Shown: piece by piece, positions 21,673-31,173 of the stretch
Layout of the letters: every line of letters begins with the position of its first letter
How positions within the stretch are numbered: position 1 is the stretch's first letter
Made by a program: the position numbers and the translations under genes
From: an uncultured Pirellulales bacterium
GTDB lineage: Bacteria > Planctomycetota > Phycisphaerae > Sedimentisphaerales > Anaerohalosphaeraceae
Reading direction: 5' to 3'
Length of the DNA stretch: 64,000 nucleotides
NCBI GenBank assembly: GCA_964563335.1
Contig: CAZLWL010000001.1
Span: forward strand, 9,946 to 73,945
Notes under the pieces: generated by a model
Told to the model about the DNA's origin: nothing
Seen by the model: only the letters and a program-made list of their open reading frames with translations
Database searches by the model: none

Positions 21673-22962
21673 ATGATTGAGAGCATAAATAATGTTGCTG
21701 TTCTCGGCTCTGGTGGCACCATAGGCAGTTTGGTGGGCGGTCTTGTTGCGCAGCATGGGATAAAGGTTTATTTTCTGAGCCGGACCGCTGAAGGTGCGAA
21801 ACGCGGCCTGCAGAGGGCGATTGCCCAGGCTCGCTCGGAAGTGATAAGCCGAAATATCGTATGTGGTGATTATGACCATTTGTTCGAAGATGCGCTAAAA
21901 GGGGCGGATTGGATTATTGAGTGTGTCAGTGAGGACCTTGCGATAAAGCAAAGAATGTATGAGATGATAGACGGATGCAAGAGGCCGGATACTATCGTGA
22001 GTTCCGTGACATCGAGCTTGCCTCTGGAAATTCTGCCGAAGGGCAGGTCTCGGAATTTCAGGAAAAACTTCCTCTCTACACATTTCTATAATCCTCCCGG
22101 TAAGATGTTGGCTTGTGAGATTACAGGCCAATCCGATACTGACCCCGAAATTGTTGGCTTTATGGAGGATTTCCTGAAGCACCGGTTTCGGCGGGTGGTC
22201 ATTCCTGTCAAGAACGTTGCAGGATTTGCAGGTAACCGGATAGCCTTTTTGCTTCTTAATCGGATTACGGCGTTGGCTGCCGTGTACGGCGTAGAGATGA
22301 TGGATTACCTGATTGGGCCTTATACGGGCAGGCAGATGCCGCCTTTGGCGACTATTGATTTGGTCGGATTGGACATTCACAAGGCCATTATCGAGAACTT
22401 GTACAATAACACCAGCGACGAGATGCGGCACAGCCTTGTTCCGCCTGGGTACGTCAACAAGATGATTCAAAATGGCTTCTTGGGTAACAAGACGCCTGAT
22501 AGAGGCGGTTTTTATAGGAAACTTGAAAGCGGCAGGAGCGAATTTATTGATCCGGCAAGTTGTGAGTATGTGCCGGCAATAGAGCCCCACATTGGTTTTG
22601 TTGAGAAAGCCAAGCATTTTGTCCACATGGGCAGATACCGAGACGCGTTTGAGATTATCAAAACGGTCTCCGGCAGAGAAGCTGAGATAGTCAAGGACAT
22701 TCTCTGCGTGTACATAGTATACTCTTATTCGCGCATCGGTGAAGTCACCGAGTCTGATTTTGGCATAGATGGAATTGACAGAGTGATGTCCTTTGGATTC
22801 AACTGGGCTCCGCCGAGTCTGATTGTGAGTATGCTCGGTGGCAAAGAATATGTCATTGAGCTACTGGAAAAGAAAGAGTTTGAGGTACCGGATGCGTTGA
22901 AGAATGCAGAGGATAGAAAAAGCCTGATGCTTGATGCGGGCAAGTACTTTCCGGCTCGATAA
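21673..22962 (+). CDS. 3-hydroxyacyl-CoA dehydrogenase family protein
   Basis: It has VAVLGSGGTIGS (GxGxxG), IECVSEDLAIKQRMYEMI and HFYNPPGKMLACEI motifs. The ATG at 21673 is preferred over the TTG at 21664. Confidence 0.75.
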   Translation: MIESINNVAVLGSGGTIGSLVGGLVAQHGIKVYFLSRTAEGAKRGLQRAIAQARSEVISRNIVCGDYDHLFEDALKGADWIIECVSEDLAIKQRMYEMIDGCKRPDTIVSSVTSSLPLEILPKGRSRNFRKNFLSTHFYNPPGKMLACEITGQSDTDPEIVGFMEDFLKHRFRRVVIPVKNVAGFAGNRIAFLLLNRITALAAVYGVEMMDYLIGPYTGRQMPPLATIDLVGLDIHKAIIENLYNNTSDEMRHSLVPPGYVNKMIQNGFLGNKTPDRGGFYRKLESGRSEFIDPASCEYVPAIEPHIGFVEKAKHFVHMGRYRDAFEIIKTVSGREAEIVKDILCVYIVYSYSRIGEVTESDFGIDGIDRVMSFGFNWAPPSLIVSMLGGKEYVIELLEKKEFEVPDALKNAEDRKSLMLDAGKYFPAR

Positions 22963-22989
22963 ATGATAAATGATGATAGAGGATAGTGA

Positions 22990-24222
22990 GTGGATAATAA
23001 GCAGGTATTTATATTAGGCGGCTATCAAACAGATTTTGCGAGGAACTGGAGTAGGGAGAACAAGCATATTGCCGCGATGATGCGCGAGGCTTATGAAGGC
23101 AGCTTGGCGGTGACGGGTATTGAGCCTGCCCAAATCGGCGCCGCGTTTATCGGTAATTTTGCGGCGGAGCTGTACTGTATGCAGGCACATCTTGGTGCAT
23201 TCTTTGTTGATTTTGATCCGTGCTTTCAGGGTCTGCCAACGATGCGTTTTGAAGCAGCGTGTGCTGCCAGCGCGGTAGCTGCCCTTTCGGCCATGGTCTA
23301 TATACAGGCTGGCATCTACGATTTAATATGCGTCGTTGGTGTTGAACAGATGAAAACCGTAAGCTCTGCCAAGGGGGGCCAATTTTTAGGTACTGCCGCC
23401 TGGTATGAAAAAGAATGTGAGGGAATAGAGCTACCCTTTCCTAAACTTTTTGGCAAACTTGGGGATGAGTACGACAAAAGATATGGACTCGATGACAAAT
23501 ATCTGGCAAGAATTTCTGACGTTAATTACAGCAACGCCAGGAACAATCCGAATGCCCAGACGCGCAACTGGTTCATGAATTTTGAACACGCAAGGAGACT
23601 GGGTCGGTACAATTCGGTAGTCAAAGGCAGGATTAAGGTTACCGATTGTTCTCAGGTAACAGACGGGGCGGTGTGTTTGTATCTTGCTTCGGCTGATTTT
23701 GCTCAGGAATATGCAACAAAAAGAAACCTTAATATCACCCGGATTCCGAGAATCTTAGGCTGGGGTCACACAACGGCCCCGATTGAATTTGCACAGAAAG
23801 TAGCTGACTCCGCCCAGGACGAGTACGTGTTACCTATTACTCGTCAAGCGATATTGGATGCTTACAGACGAGCTGGTATAGCGGATTGTTGGGAGCTTGA
23901 TGTCATAGAAACACACGATTGCTTTACAACCTCGGAGTACATGGCGATCGACCACTTTGGACTTACTGAAGCGGGGCAATCGTGGAGAGCAATAGAAGAG
24001 GGAACCATAGAGATGGGTGGCAAGCTCCCCGTCAATCCTTCGGGCGGGCTTATCGGTTGTGGACATCCTGTTGGAGTGACTGGAGCACGACAATTACTTG
24101 ACGCATATAAACAAGTTACTGAAACCGCCGGGGATTATCAAGTTGGCGGCGCAAAGAAGGTGGCCACGCTGAATATTGGTGGTACCGCAACAACAAACGT
24201 GTGTTTTGTCATAGGAAGGTAA
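22990..24222 (+). CDS. thiolase (acetyl-CoA C-acetyltransferase, SCP-x/archaeal-like type)
   Basis: 410 aa. It has the nucleophile region FEAACAASAVA and the C-terminal NPSGGLIGCGHPVGVTGARQ and NIGGT motifs. Confidence 0.8.
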   Translation: MDNKQVFILGGYQTDFARNWSRENKHIAAMMREAYEGSLAVTGIEPAQIGAAFIGNFAAELYCMQAHLGAFFVDFDPCFQGLPTMRFEAACAASAVAALSAMVYIQAGIYDLICVVGVEQMKTVSSAKGGQFLGTAAWYEKECEGIELPFPKLFGKLGDEYDKRYGLDDKYLARISDVNYSNARNNPNAQTRNWFMNFEHARRLGRYNSVVKGRIKVTDCSQVTDGAVCLYLASADFAQEYATKRNLNITRIPRILGWGHTTAPIEFAQKVADSAQDEYVLPITRQAILDAYRRAGIADCWELDVIETHDCFTTSEYMAIDHFGLTEAGQSWRAIEEGTIEMGGKLPVNPSGGLIGCGHPVGVTGARQLLDAYKQVTETAGDYQVGGAKKVATLNIGGTATTNVCFVIGR

Positions 24223-24232
24223 GATAAAAGAG

Positions 24233-24889
24233 GTGGCAGAACAGCCAAGAGTACGAGATATGACTCTTGAAGACGTGGATGGAGTTGTTGAGGTACACAG
24301 ACATTGCTTTCCGGCTTCGGTTTCTATTTTTTCTGTATTGAGCCGGGATGTCGTCAGGTCTTACTATGCCCAGTTTGTGCAAGAGCCCGAAAGCCTTGGA
24401 GCAGTCCTCGAGGAGCCTATGTCGGGGCGTATTGTGGGATTCGCTGTTGGCACTGTTAAGGCCGGATTCAATCGCAGATTTGTGCGGCGTCGTTTTTTCA
24501 AATTTGTCTGGCACATATTTAAAGGTCTTTTCGTAAGCACCACTATCAGAAGAGTGGTAGGATCGCATCTTCGCAAAATCGGCGGTATGTTTTTTGAAAA
24601 GCGTAACGGTGCTCCAGGTAATTTAGTTTTACCGCCGCCAACAGGCCCGGTGGCGATATTTATGCCTATTGCGGTTCACACGCAGTGGCGAAGTGGTGGC
24701 AACGCTGCCAAACTTGCAAACTATTTTGCCGACCGGCTTTTTGAAAAAGGCGCGTCGCAAGTGCGGGGGCGGATAGCTCCGGACAATCTGCCCTGCTTGA
24801 AGCTGTTCAGGAAGCTTGGCTGGAGTGAAAAAAAGGTGTCTGAGGAATGGATTGCTGTCTGGATTGATCGGGCTGAGGGTGATTCTTGA
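24233..24889 (+). CDS. GNAT-family N-acyltransferase
   Basis: 218 aa. IFMPIAVHTQWRSGGNAAKLANYF fits the GNAT acyl-CoA-binding motif A (Q/RxxGxG/A). An ATG at 24260 is an alternative start. Confidence 0.6.
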   Translation: MAEQPRVRDMTLEDVDGVVEVHRHCFPASVSIFSVLSRDVVRSYYAQFVQEPESLGAVLEEPMSGRIVGFAVGTVKAGFNRRFVRRRFFKFVWHIFKGLFVSTTIRRVVGSHLRKIGGMFFEKRNGAPGNLVLPPPTGPVAIFMPIAVHTQWRSGGNAAKLANYFADRLFEKGASQVRGRIAPDNLPCLKLFRKLGWSEKKVSEEWIAVWIDRAEGDS

Positions 24890-24963
24890 TCTTATTTAGC
24901 AAGAAGTTCATCTTGTATGGATTTTCTAAAGCTTTAATACGGCGTTAGCAGAGGAGTTAAAGG

Positions 24964-25935
24964 ATGGGAATAGGCTCAATACAAAAGAAAGTAGGGTATC
25001 TGTTCCAGAAAATGGACAGTGGCCTTTGTAGGGCTATTGAGTCATTACTCATTCGAAACGAGCCAGACGATACTAAAAGCAATATGCCTTTTATCGCAGT
25101 TTGCGGAATTCCGCGCAGCGGTACGACTCTTACCTTCCAACTCATAACACAAGCGATCGATGTGATGCTGATCAACAATCTTCATTATCTTTTTTACCGT
25201 TCTCCTTTGGTTGGATACTGGATATCAAAGTGGATTACTCGTGCATATATTTCAGATTATCGTTCAGACTTTGGTTTTATCGCAGGATTAAACGGTCCGG
25301 CACAGGCTTATTACTTCTGGCACTATTGGTGCGATCAGAATTTAAAAGAAATCAAACCCAAACCGGACAAAGTACGTTTACAAAGATTTATAAAGGTAAT
25401 GAATGCTATTTACAGGATAGATGGCCGGCCTTTTCTTGCGGGCTTTCAGGCACATGCCTTTTATTTGGATGAGCTTGTTTCAATTTTCGATAAGTGCCTC
25501 ATCGTTCTCGTTAAAAGGGATATGCTTGCTGCGGCTCGCTCAATGTTGATGGGGATGAGAAAAAGCGATGGCACCTTTGTTGAGATATTCTCCGCTACAC
25601 CAAAAGAATCCTTGTCAGAACCCGGACAAACACCTTATGAAAAGGTTGCTCGACAAGCGTTTTTCATCAACCGTAGGATTAATGAAATAAAGGAGCAGTA
25701 TTCAGATATAATCTTAGAAACCGATTACTACGAAACCTGCCGTTCCCCTCAACAATTTCTGGAAAAGCTTGTGAAGTGTTTCTCAGATCGAGGATTCTCG
25801 TTCAATTGCAGGACAGATGTAAAAATACCGGAATCGTTTCACGCTCGTCGTGTTATCCGCGATCAGGACGAAGACACGCATAGAATCGCCGTGGCATTGG
25901 ATGCTCTGGTTGAAAAATACGGACTGGTGGATTGA
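24964..25935 (+). CDS. sulfotransferase family protein
   Basis: 323 aa. It has a GIPRSGTTL 5'-phosphosulfate-binding loop and a VKRDMLAAARS 3'-phosphate-binding-like motif. Confidence 0.7.
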   Translation: MGIGSIQKKVGYLFQKMDSGLCRAIESLLIRNEPDDTKSNMPFIAVCGIPRSGTTLTFQLITQAIDVMLINNLHYLFYRSPLVGYWISKWITRAYISDYRSDFGFIAGLNGPAQAYYFWHYWCDQNLKEIKPKPDKVRLQRFIKVMNAIYRIDGRPFLAGFQAHAFYLDELVSIFDKCLIVLVKRDMLAAARSMLMGMRKSDGTFVEIFSATPKESLSEPGQTPYEKVARQAFFINRRINEIKEQYSDIILETDYYETCRSPQQFLEKLVKCFSDRGFSFNCRTDVKIPESFHARRVIRDQDEDTHRIAVALDALVEKYGLVD

Positions 25936-25940
25936 CGAAT

Positions 25941-27083
25941 ATGGACAATCGATGGCGAAGAGAATATGAAGAAGCATTCAGAAAGTTGGTAGGAGTTGTA
26001 GGCGCAAGAGCTTTTGGGCTTGGCCGCCACGCGTTGGTGATATTGTTAAAAGCACTTGAGGTAAATGAGGGTGACAAAGTAGGTGTCTGCGGTTTCACTT
26101 GCCTCAGTGTAATAGAAGCAGTTAAAGTCTGTGGTGCAATACCAGTCTATTTAGATGTGGATGAATATTTGTGTATAGAGCCACAAGAGGTTCTTCGTCA
26201 AGAAGTGGGTTCCCTCAAGGTGGTAATACTGCAGCATACGTTTGGAATTCCCGGCCGATTCGAGCAGCTTTTATCGGCTTGTAGCGAAATTGGGGCGGAA
26301 GTGGTTGAAGATTGCGCTCACTCTTTTGGTTGCTCGTGGAAAGGCCGGGCGTTAGGTAGCTTTGGAGAAGGGGCGATATATAGTTCGGAATGGGGCAAAC
26401 CCTACACAACCGGACAAGGTGGAATGTTGACCGTAAACTCCAAAGAATTGCTTGATGAGGTAGATCAACGAATAGAGTACCTTGCATTGCCTGTGCTTGC
26501 AAAGTCAGAACTTATCTTAGAGTGCCAACGGCGCGTATATTCATTTCTAAGCGGATCACAATTAGAAGGATACCTGCGATATACGTATAGGCAACTGCGG
26601 GATATCGGTATTATTAAAGAGGCGTTTGAGCTAAAAAGTGAGTTTTGCCTCTATCCTAGATATGTTAGATTTATTGGGAAGATGACAGCCAAAGCGGGCT
26701 TGAAACAGATGGAGAACTGGCCTAAGCTTCAACAACTGCGGCGACAAAATGCCGAAATTATTGAAGAGCATTTCAATAGAGTGGGACTGACTCTTTGGCC
26801 CAAGCCGGATGAGGCGGATGTTACAATGCTAAGATATCCGATACTGACAACTTACAAATCAAAGATAGTGCAGCAAGCTCGCAAACATAAACTTGATATA
26901 GCAGGGTGGTACATGGGCCCAGTACATCCATTACAGGAAGATGACCTGGTCAAAGTTGATTATCACCGAGGAAGCTGTCCAAGAGCAGAGAAAATGATCA
27001 GCCAACTGGTACATTTACCGACCGGGCCGGGATTGAATATGCACAACTTGGAAGAAATGGTGAAAATTATTTCTCAGAACTGA
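25941..27083 (+). CDS. second DegT/DnrJ/EryC1-family aminotransferase
   Basis: It has VVEDCAHSFG and AIYSSEWGKPYTTGQGGM (PLP-Lys region). The ATG at 25941 lies just after the stop of the sulfotransferase gene. Confidence 0.7.
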   Translation: MDNRWRREYEEAFRKLVGVVGARAFGLGRHALVILLKALEVNEGDKVGVCGFTCLSVIEAVKVCGAIPVYLDVDEYLCIEPQEVLRQEVGSLKVVILQHTFGIPGRFEQLLSACSEIGAEVVEDCAHSFGCSWKGRALGSFGEGAIYSSEWGKPYTTGQGGMLTVNSKELLDEVDQRIEYLALPVLAKSELILECQRRVYSFLSGSQLEGYLRYTYRQLRDIGIIKEAFELKSEFCLYPRYVRFIGKMTAKAGLKQMENWPKLQQLRRQNAEIIEEHFNRVGLTLWPKPDEADVTMLRYPILTTYKSKIVQQARKHKLDIAGWYMGPVHPLQEDDLVKVDYHRGSCPRAEKMISQLVHLPTGPGLNMHNLEEMVKIISQN

Positions 27084-27128
27084 TTAGGTACTTGAGAGTA
27101 GTACTATCGCTGCAGGGGATTTCTATAG

Positions 27129-28040
27129 ATGACGGCGGAAACTTGTGAAAATAAATATGCCCAGTTTTTGAAGAATTCGGGCAATTATGTGATTACGGTT
27201 GGATGTATTGATTGGTATGAATATCAAGGCTTTATGATACCGGCCTATTTGCCACACTGTATCCCCCAGATATCCACAGAAGTAGCAAAGGAGGTATTAA
27301 GGGTATCAGGCCGGCCTTTTGCCAGGTGGGACAGGGCATTTGGAAGAGAGCAAAACAGCGAATGGTGGTATGTTCTTAAAAGAGGCCCTTGGGATATTGG
27401 GCATATTAAGGATAAAAAGAAGCGCTGGATGATCAGACAAGGGAAGAAGTTTTATACAATACGCCCTTTAACCTCCGATGAAGTCGTCTCTGAATGTCCT
27501 AAAGTTGCTCAATTAGCAACTATCCGCTACAAAGGTAAAGTTTATGTGGAGTCGCAACAAGAATTAAAAAATCGGGCTGAGACCGCACATAAATTGCCGG
27601 GGGTATTGGAATATATCGGATGTTTTTATAAAGATATTCTTGTCAGTTATTCTGAGAACTATATTCAAAATAATGCGGTTTGGTTGTCTAACATCAGGCA
27701 TGTACCGGCCTTTCTGAAGAAGTATTCAAGCTATGGACTTCTCGATGGGATTTTGGATTATTATCTGAATAAAAAAAAGATGGATTACGTTTTGGACGGC
27801 TCTCGAAGTATTCATCATAAAACCAACATTCAAGAACATCTGATGAAGGTATTTGGCTTTTCGAAGGAATACGCGATTCTTTATGTGGCATATACAGGCA
27901 AGTTTAAGATAATGGTTAAAATGGCGTATCCTTTTAGAAATACGGTGGGGTTACTTTGCGATAAATGGGCCAATAGTTTCTTGGATAATGTTGGAGCCGT
28001 TTTAAAGCAAGAGGAGATAAGGAGAAGTTGCGAGAAGTGA
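27129..28040 (+). CDS. hypothetical protein, possibly FemAB/GNAT-fold acyl- or aminoacyl-transferase
   Basis: 303 aa. There is only weak pattern similarity (KKKRWMIRQGKK...IRPL; ...YVLDGSRSI). Coding status is supported by its length, its fit in the operon and its frame. Confidence 0.35.
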   Translation: MTAETCENKYAQFLKNSGNYVITVGCIDWYEYQGFMIPAYLPHCIPQISTEVAKEVLRVSGRPFARWDRAFGREQNSEWWYVLKRGPWDIGHIKDKKKRWMIRQGKKFYTIRPLTSDEVVSECPKVAQLATIRYKGKVYVESQQELKNRAETAHKLPGVLEYIGCFYKDILVSYSENYIQNNAVWLSNIRHVPAFLKKYSSYGLLDGILDYYLNKKKMDYVLDGSRSIHHKTNIQEHLMKVFGFSKEYAILYVAYTGKFKIMVKMAYPFRNTVGLLCDKWANSFLDNVGAVLKQEEIRRSCEK

Positions 28041-28117
28041 AGGGTGTTATCAGAATGTTCGAAGGTTGCCGTTTCATAGGTAGTTGTGCATGCTTCGCAA
28101 AGTCCAGAAGTTTATGA

Positions 28118-29344
28118 ATGATGATTTCGAAGATACCAAAAACAAAGAATGTCGATGATCTTTCCGCATTTGTGACATACGGGTGGTGCCGTAGCTCTTA
28201 TGCTGTGGTTTTGTCATTAGGACGGCGAGGTATAGATGTTCATGTTGGCGATGCTTCTCCGTTGGCTATGTCGCGGTTTTCGAGGTATTGCAAGTCGTTT
28301 ACCAGACTGCCCGACTTCTTTGTTGAGCCGAAAAGATATTTCGAGCTAACTTGTGAAGCTCTAAAAAGAACCGGGGCTAAAGTCTTGCTGCCTGGCCACG
28401 AAGATGTGGGGATATTCAGCAGGCACAGGGATGACCTGCCTTCAGGTGTACACATTGCCCTGCCTGAGTGGGATAGTTATAGCATAGCTGAAGACAAATT
28501 TACTGTTCTTGACATGGCCCAAAAAGCCGGATGTCCCGTGCCTGATACTACTGAAGTCGCATCGCTGGCGGAATTAAAAAAACTGGCAAGGACCACTACC
28601 TACCCCATAGTTATAAAAGCAAGAACAGGAAATAGTGCCAAGGGTGTTCGTATAGTGCACGATAAGCATGAACAGGCTGATATGTTTAAAGAGCTTGTTC
28701 AAACATTTGGTTTATTTCACGAAAGATGGCCCATCGTCCAGGAGTTTTTGCCTGGAGAGGCTGCGGGAGTATGCGTACTGTATGACCATGGGCGGTGTAT
28801 CGCATCTTTTTCTGAAAGGTATTTGCGGTGTAAAGAACAAGGCAAGTTCGGTACTTCTACACTGCGTGAGACTTATGATAACCACCAGCTAATATCTAAG
28901 GCCATCTCAATAATGGACAAGTTAGAGTGGCACGGAGTAGCGCATCTGGATTTCGTCGCAGATAAAAACGGCGAGTTCAGATTGATAGAAATCAATCCGA
29001 GACTCTGGGGCGCTTTAGCGCTGGCTATGTTTTCCGGGCTTGATTTCCCCTATCTCTGGTACCTTACCGCTCTGGGCAGAGGTAACGTTGACCCGGGCGT
29101 GATTCAAAATCGGAAGATAAAGTGCAGATGGCTAATCGGAGATTGCCTGGCATTTGTAGAACTGATTAAGCAAGACAAGTTCCAAGAAGCCCTGAGGCTT
29201 CTTATTCCCGAGAGAAAATGCTATCACGATGATTTTATAGTTCGGGACCCACTGCCTTTACTGCTGGAAGTCTCTGATTACTTTACCAAGTTCATCAAAG
29301 CCAAAGGTTCTATGAATCCGGTAGTAGGTAACATGATACGCTAA
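28118..29344 (+). CDS. ATP-grasp domain ligase
   Basis: 408 aa, with YPIVIKARTGNSAKGVRIV, QEFLPGE and HLDFVADKNGEFRLIEINPRLWG motifs. Confidence 0.8.
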   Translation: MMISKIPKTKNVDDLSAFVTYGWCRSSYAVVLSLGRRGIDVHVGDASPLAMSRFSRYCKSFTRLPDFFVEPKRYFELTCEALKRTGAKVLLPGHEDVGIFSRHRDDLPSGVHIALPEWDSYSIAEDKFTVLDMAQKAGCPVPDTTEVASLAELKKLARTTTYPIVIKARTGNSAKGVRIVHDKHEQADMFKELVQTFGLFHERWPIVQEFLPGEAAGVCVLYDHGRCIASFSERYLRCKEQGKFGTSTLRETYDNHQLISKAISIMDKLEWHGVAHLDFVADKNGEFRLIEINPRLWGALALAMFSGLDFPYLWYLTALGRGNVDPGVIQNRKIKCRWLIGDCLAFVELIKQDKFQEALRLLIPERKCYHDDFIVRDPLPLLLEVSDYFTKFIKAKGSMNPVVGNMIR

Positions 29345-29409
29345 TGCTAATCGCTACGGGAGGAACGTGGAGGATATAGCACTACCATGGGGGAGCCCAA
29401 CAAACAATC

Positions 29410-29433
29410 ACGCAGAAATGCGTTGCTTTTTTT
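29410..29433 (+). terminator. candidate intrinsic terminator closing the plus-strand cluster
   Basis: An acgca-gaaa-tgcgt hairpin is followed by tgcttttttt (7 T). The stem is short, and the site lies between convergent genes. Confidence 0.4.
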
Positions 29434-29445
29434 CACACCTCGTTT

Positions 29446-30795
29446 CTATTGACATGCCGCATACCAATAGACCAGTTCAGGTGTGTTAACATTGTTTCCG
29501 GCGTTATCTTTTAGGCCAACGGTTATATAGCCGTCATCTGTTGTCGTGACCGCAACAAGGTGATTGGCGTCCGAGGTGGTTAGATTCACTATGATGGGCA
29601 TAGAAACAAGTCCGTGAGCAATTGTATTGCCGTTTGCGACCAAAGCCCCACCTCCGTTTTCCGTAGCATATCCCGGATTATCTTTAACCTGTGGGTTCAC
29701 TATGTTACCGGAGAACATATCAGTTGCTGAGCCTTGAAAATTGCGGATACGATTGTTGTGGAAAGTAAATTCGGATAAGAGCTTGCCGCTTGCTACTTCG
29801 ACTATAGGTGTATCCGTATATGCGTTTAGTTCGCAATCATGAATATTCCAACGCCCGATACTTTCGGGCACTTCGATCATTGGATAGCTTTCATCAGCAT
29901 CATCATATCTGTAAACAAATGAATTGCTTACTACGCCCCAATCTGTGCTCAGCCGTAATACACTCCGGTCCGTATCATGGAAATCACACCCGCTTATCCA
30001 GTTCTCCCTGCCACTGCTGCTGAACCAGATACAGTTCTTGTTGTTACGGAAATGACAATTTACAATCCTGTTTCTTACACCTTTTGAGACATGTACTGCG
30101 TAACAATCATCGCTTGAATGCTTTATCTCCTCAAAGCAAGTATCGTAAATCCATACATTATGACATTGTGCCTCAACTGCATTTAGAAACTTCAGGTAAT
30201 AGAACCCGCTTCGTTCAATGTGGTAGTCCCCCCCGGTAGCCCGGATGAGCACTGCCGGATAGTTTGGTTCGTCGGTCATGAAATACCCGTCAAAACCAAT
30301 ATCAAATATTCCTCCGAGATAATAATTGCCCACAGAATCAATGATTGGGCCGTCGATTCCATCAACAGGATAGATTCTCGTCAGACCTCCACGATAATGC
30401 CAATTGACCCCTGCCCCTCTTAAGAAAACCGGTTTATCTACTGTTATAGTGTCTGAGATATAGTATTCACCTTCCGTAAGATAGATTGTCCCTCCAATTG
30501 AAGTCATAGAATCAATGGCTTGCTGTATCTGTATCTGGTCATCTGTCCCGTCACAAATAAAGTCTGCTCGTGCCTTCACGTGCTCAAGTGCACTGTTTGC
30601 GGCGATCACATAAGTAGCTAAAGACACGGGCTGTTGTGCCTCGGGCAGGGATTCGGGCCCTTGTAACCATTGATATGCAAATTCGGAGTAATCTTCCAAA
30701 TCGACAATCTCGTCTCTGTTGAAATCTGCTGTTGAATAACCAAAGCAAACGATTGGTAAAGCAGATAGTACCAGAAATATACTTGCATATTTCAT
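29446..30795 (-). CDS. secreted beta-helix (pectate-lyase-fold) protein with a dockerin-like N-terminal motif
   Basis: 449 aa. It has a signal peptide (MKYASIFLVLSALPIVCFG), DFNRDEIVDLEDY (an EF-hand/dockerin-like half site) and CDGTDDQIQIQQAIDS...GGTIYLTEGEYYIS, typical of pectate_lyase_3-type domains. Confidence 0.6.
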   Translation of the reverse strand: MKYASIFLVLSALPIVCFGYSTADFNRDEIVDLEDYSEFAYQWLQGPESLPEAQQPVSLATYVIAANSALEHVKARADFICDGTDDQIQIQQAIDSMTSIGGTIYLTEGEYYISDTITVDKPVFLRGAGVNWHYRGGLTRIYPVDGIDGPIIDSVGNYYLGGIFDIGFDGYFMTDEPNYPAVLIRATGGDYHIERSGFYYLKFLNAVEAQCHNVWIYDTCFEEIKHSSDDCYAVHVSKGVRNRIVNCHFRNNKNCIWFSSSGRENWISGCDFHDTDRSVLRLSTDWGVVSNSFVYRYDDADESYPMIEVPESIGRWNIHDCELNAYTDTPIVEVASGKLLSEFTFHNNRIRNFQGSATDMFSGNIVNPQVKDNPGYATENGGGALVANGNTIAHGLVSMPIIVNLTTSDANHLVAVTTTDDGYITVGLKDNAGNNVNTPELVYWYAACQ

Positions 30796-31173
30796 AGTGG
30801 CTCCTCCTAAAATCTTCAGTCGCCGAATTCTCCGTGAAAGAAGCTCGGCGGAGAAGGGCGAAGAGTTCTCTTGTTATCTTCCGTAAACGCCGCGTGAGAA
30901 CGCACAAGACTCACATAACTTTACCCGATCTGGAATGAAATGTCAAGAAAATTCACGTTTTTTCCTGATTCTTGATGCATCTGGAGGTTATAAGTGGATT
31001 TTTGATGCCTCTGCGGGCTTTTGTGATCATGGTTGTTTCCGTCTGTCAGCACCACGCCAGATATGCTGTTTGTCGAGCATTTTACAGCAACCCAAGATGC
31101 TCAAGCCATCTTTGGTACCAGTCGGACAATTGCACATACTTCACATCAGTAATAAGAAGTGGCGATGATATAC

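Noticed and set aside
24918-24932. A weak -24/-12-like motif, tggattttctaaagc, before the sulfotransferase gene.
   Set aside because: The GG/GC register is correct, but the -12 box is aagc rather than ttgc and the -24 box is poor. The evidence is insufficient.
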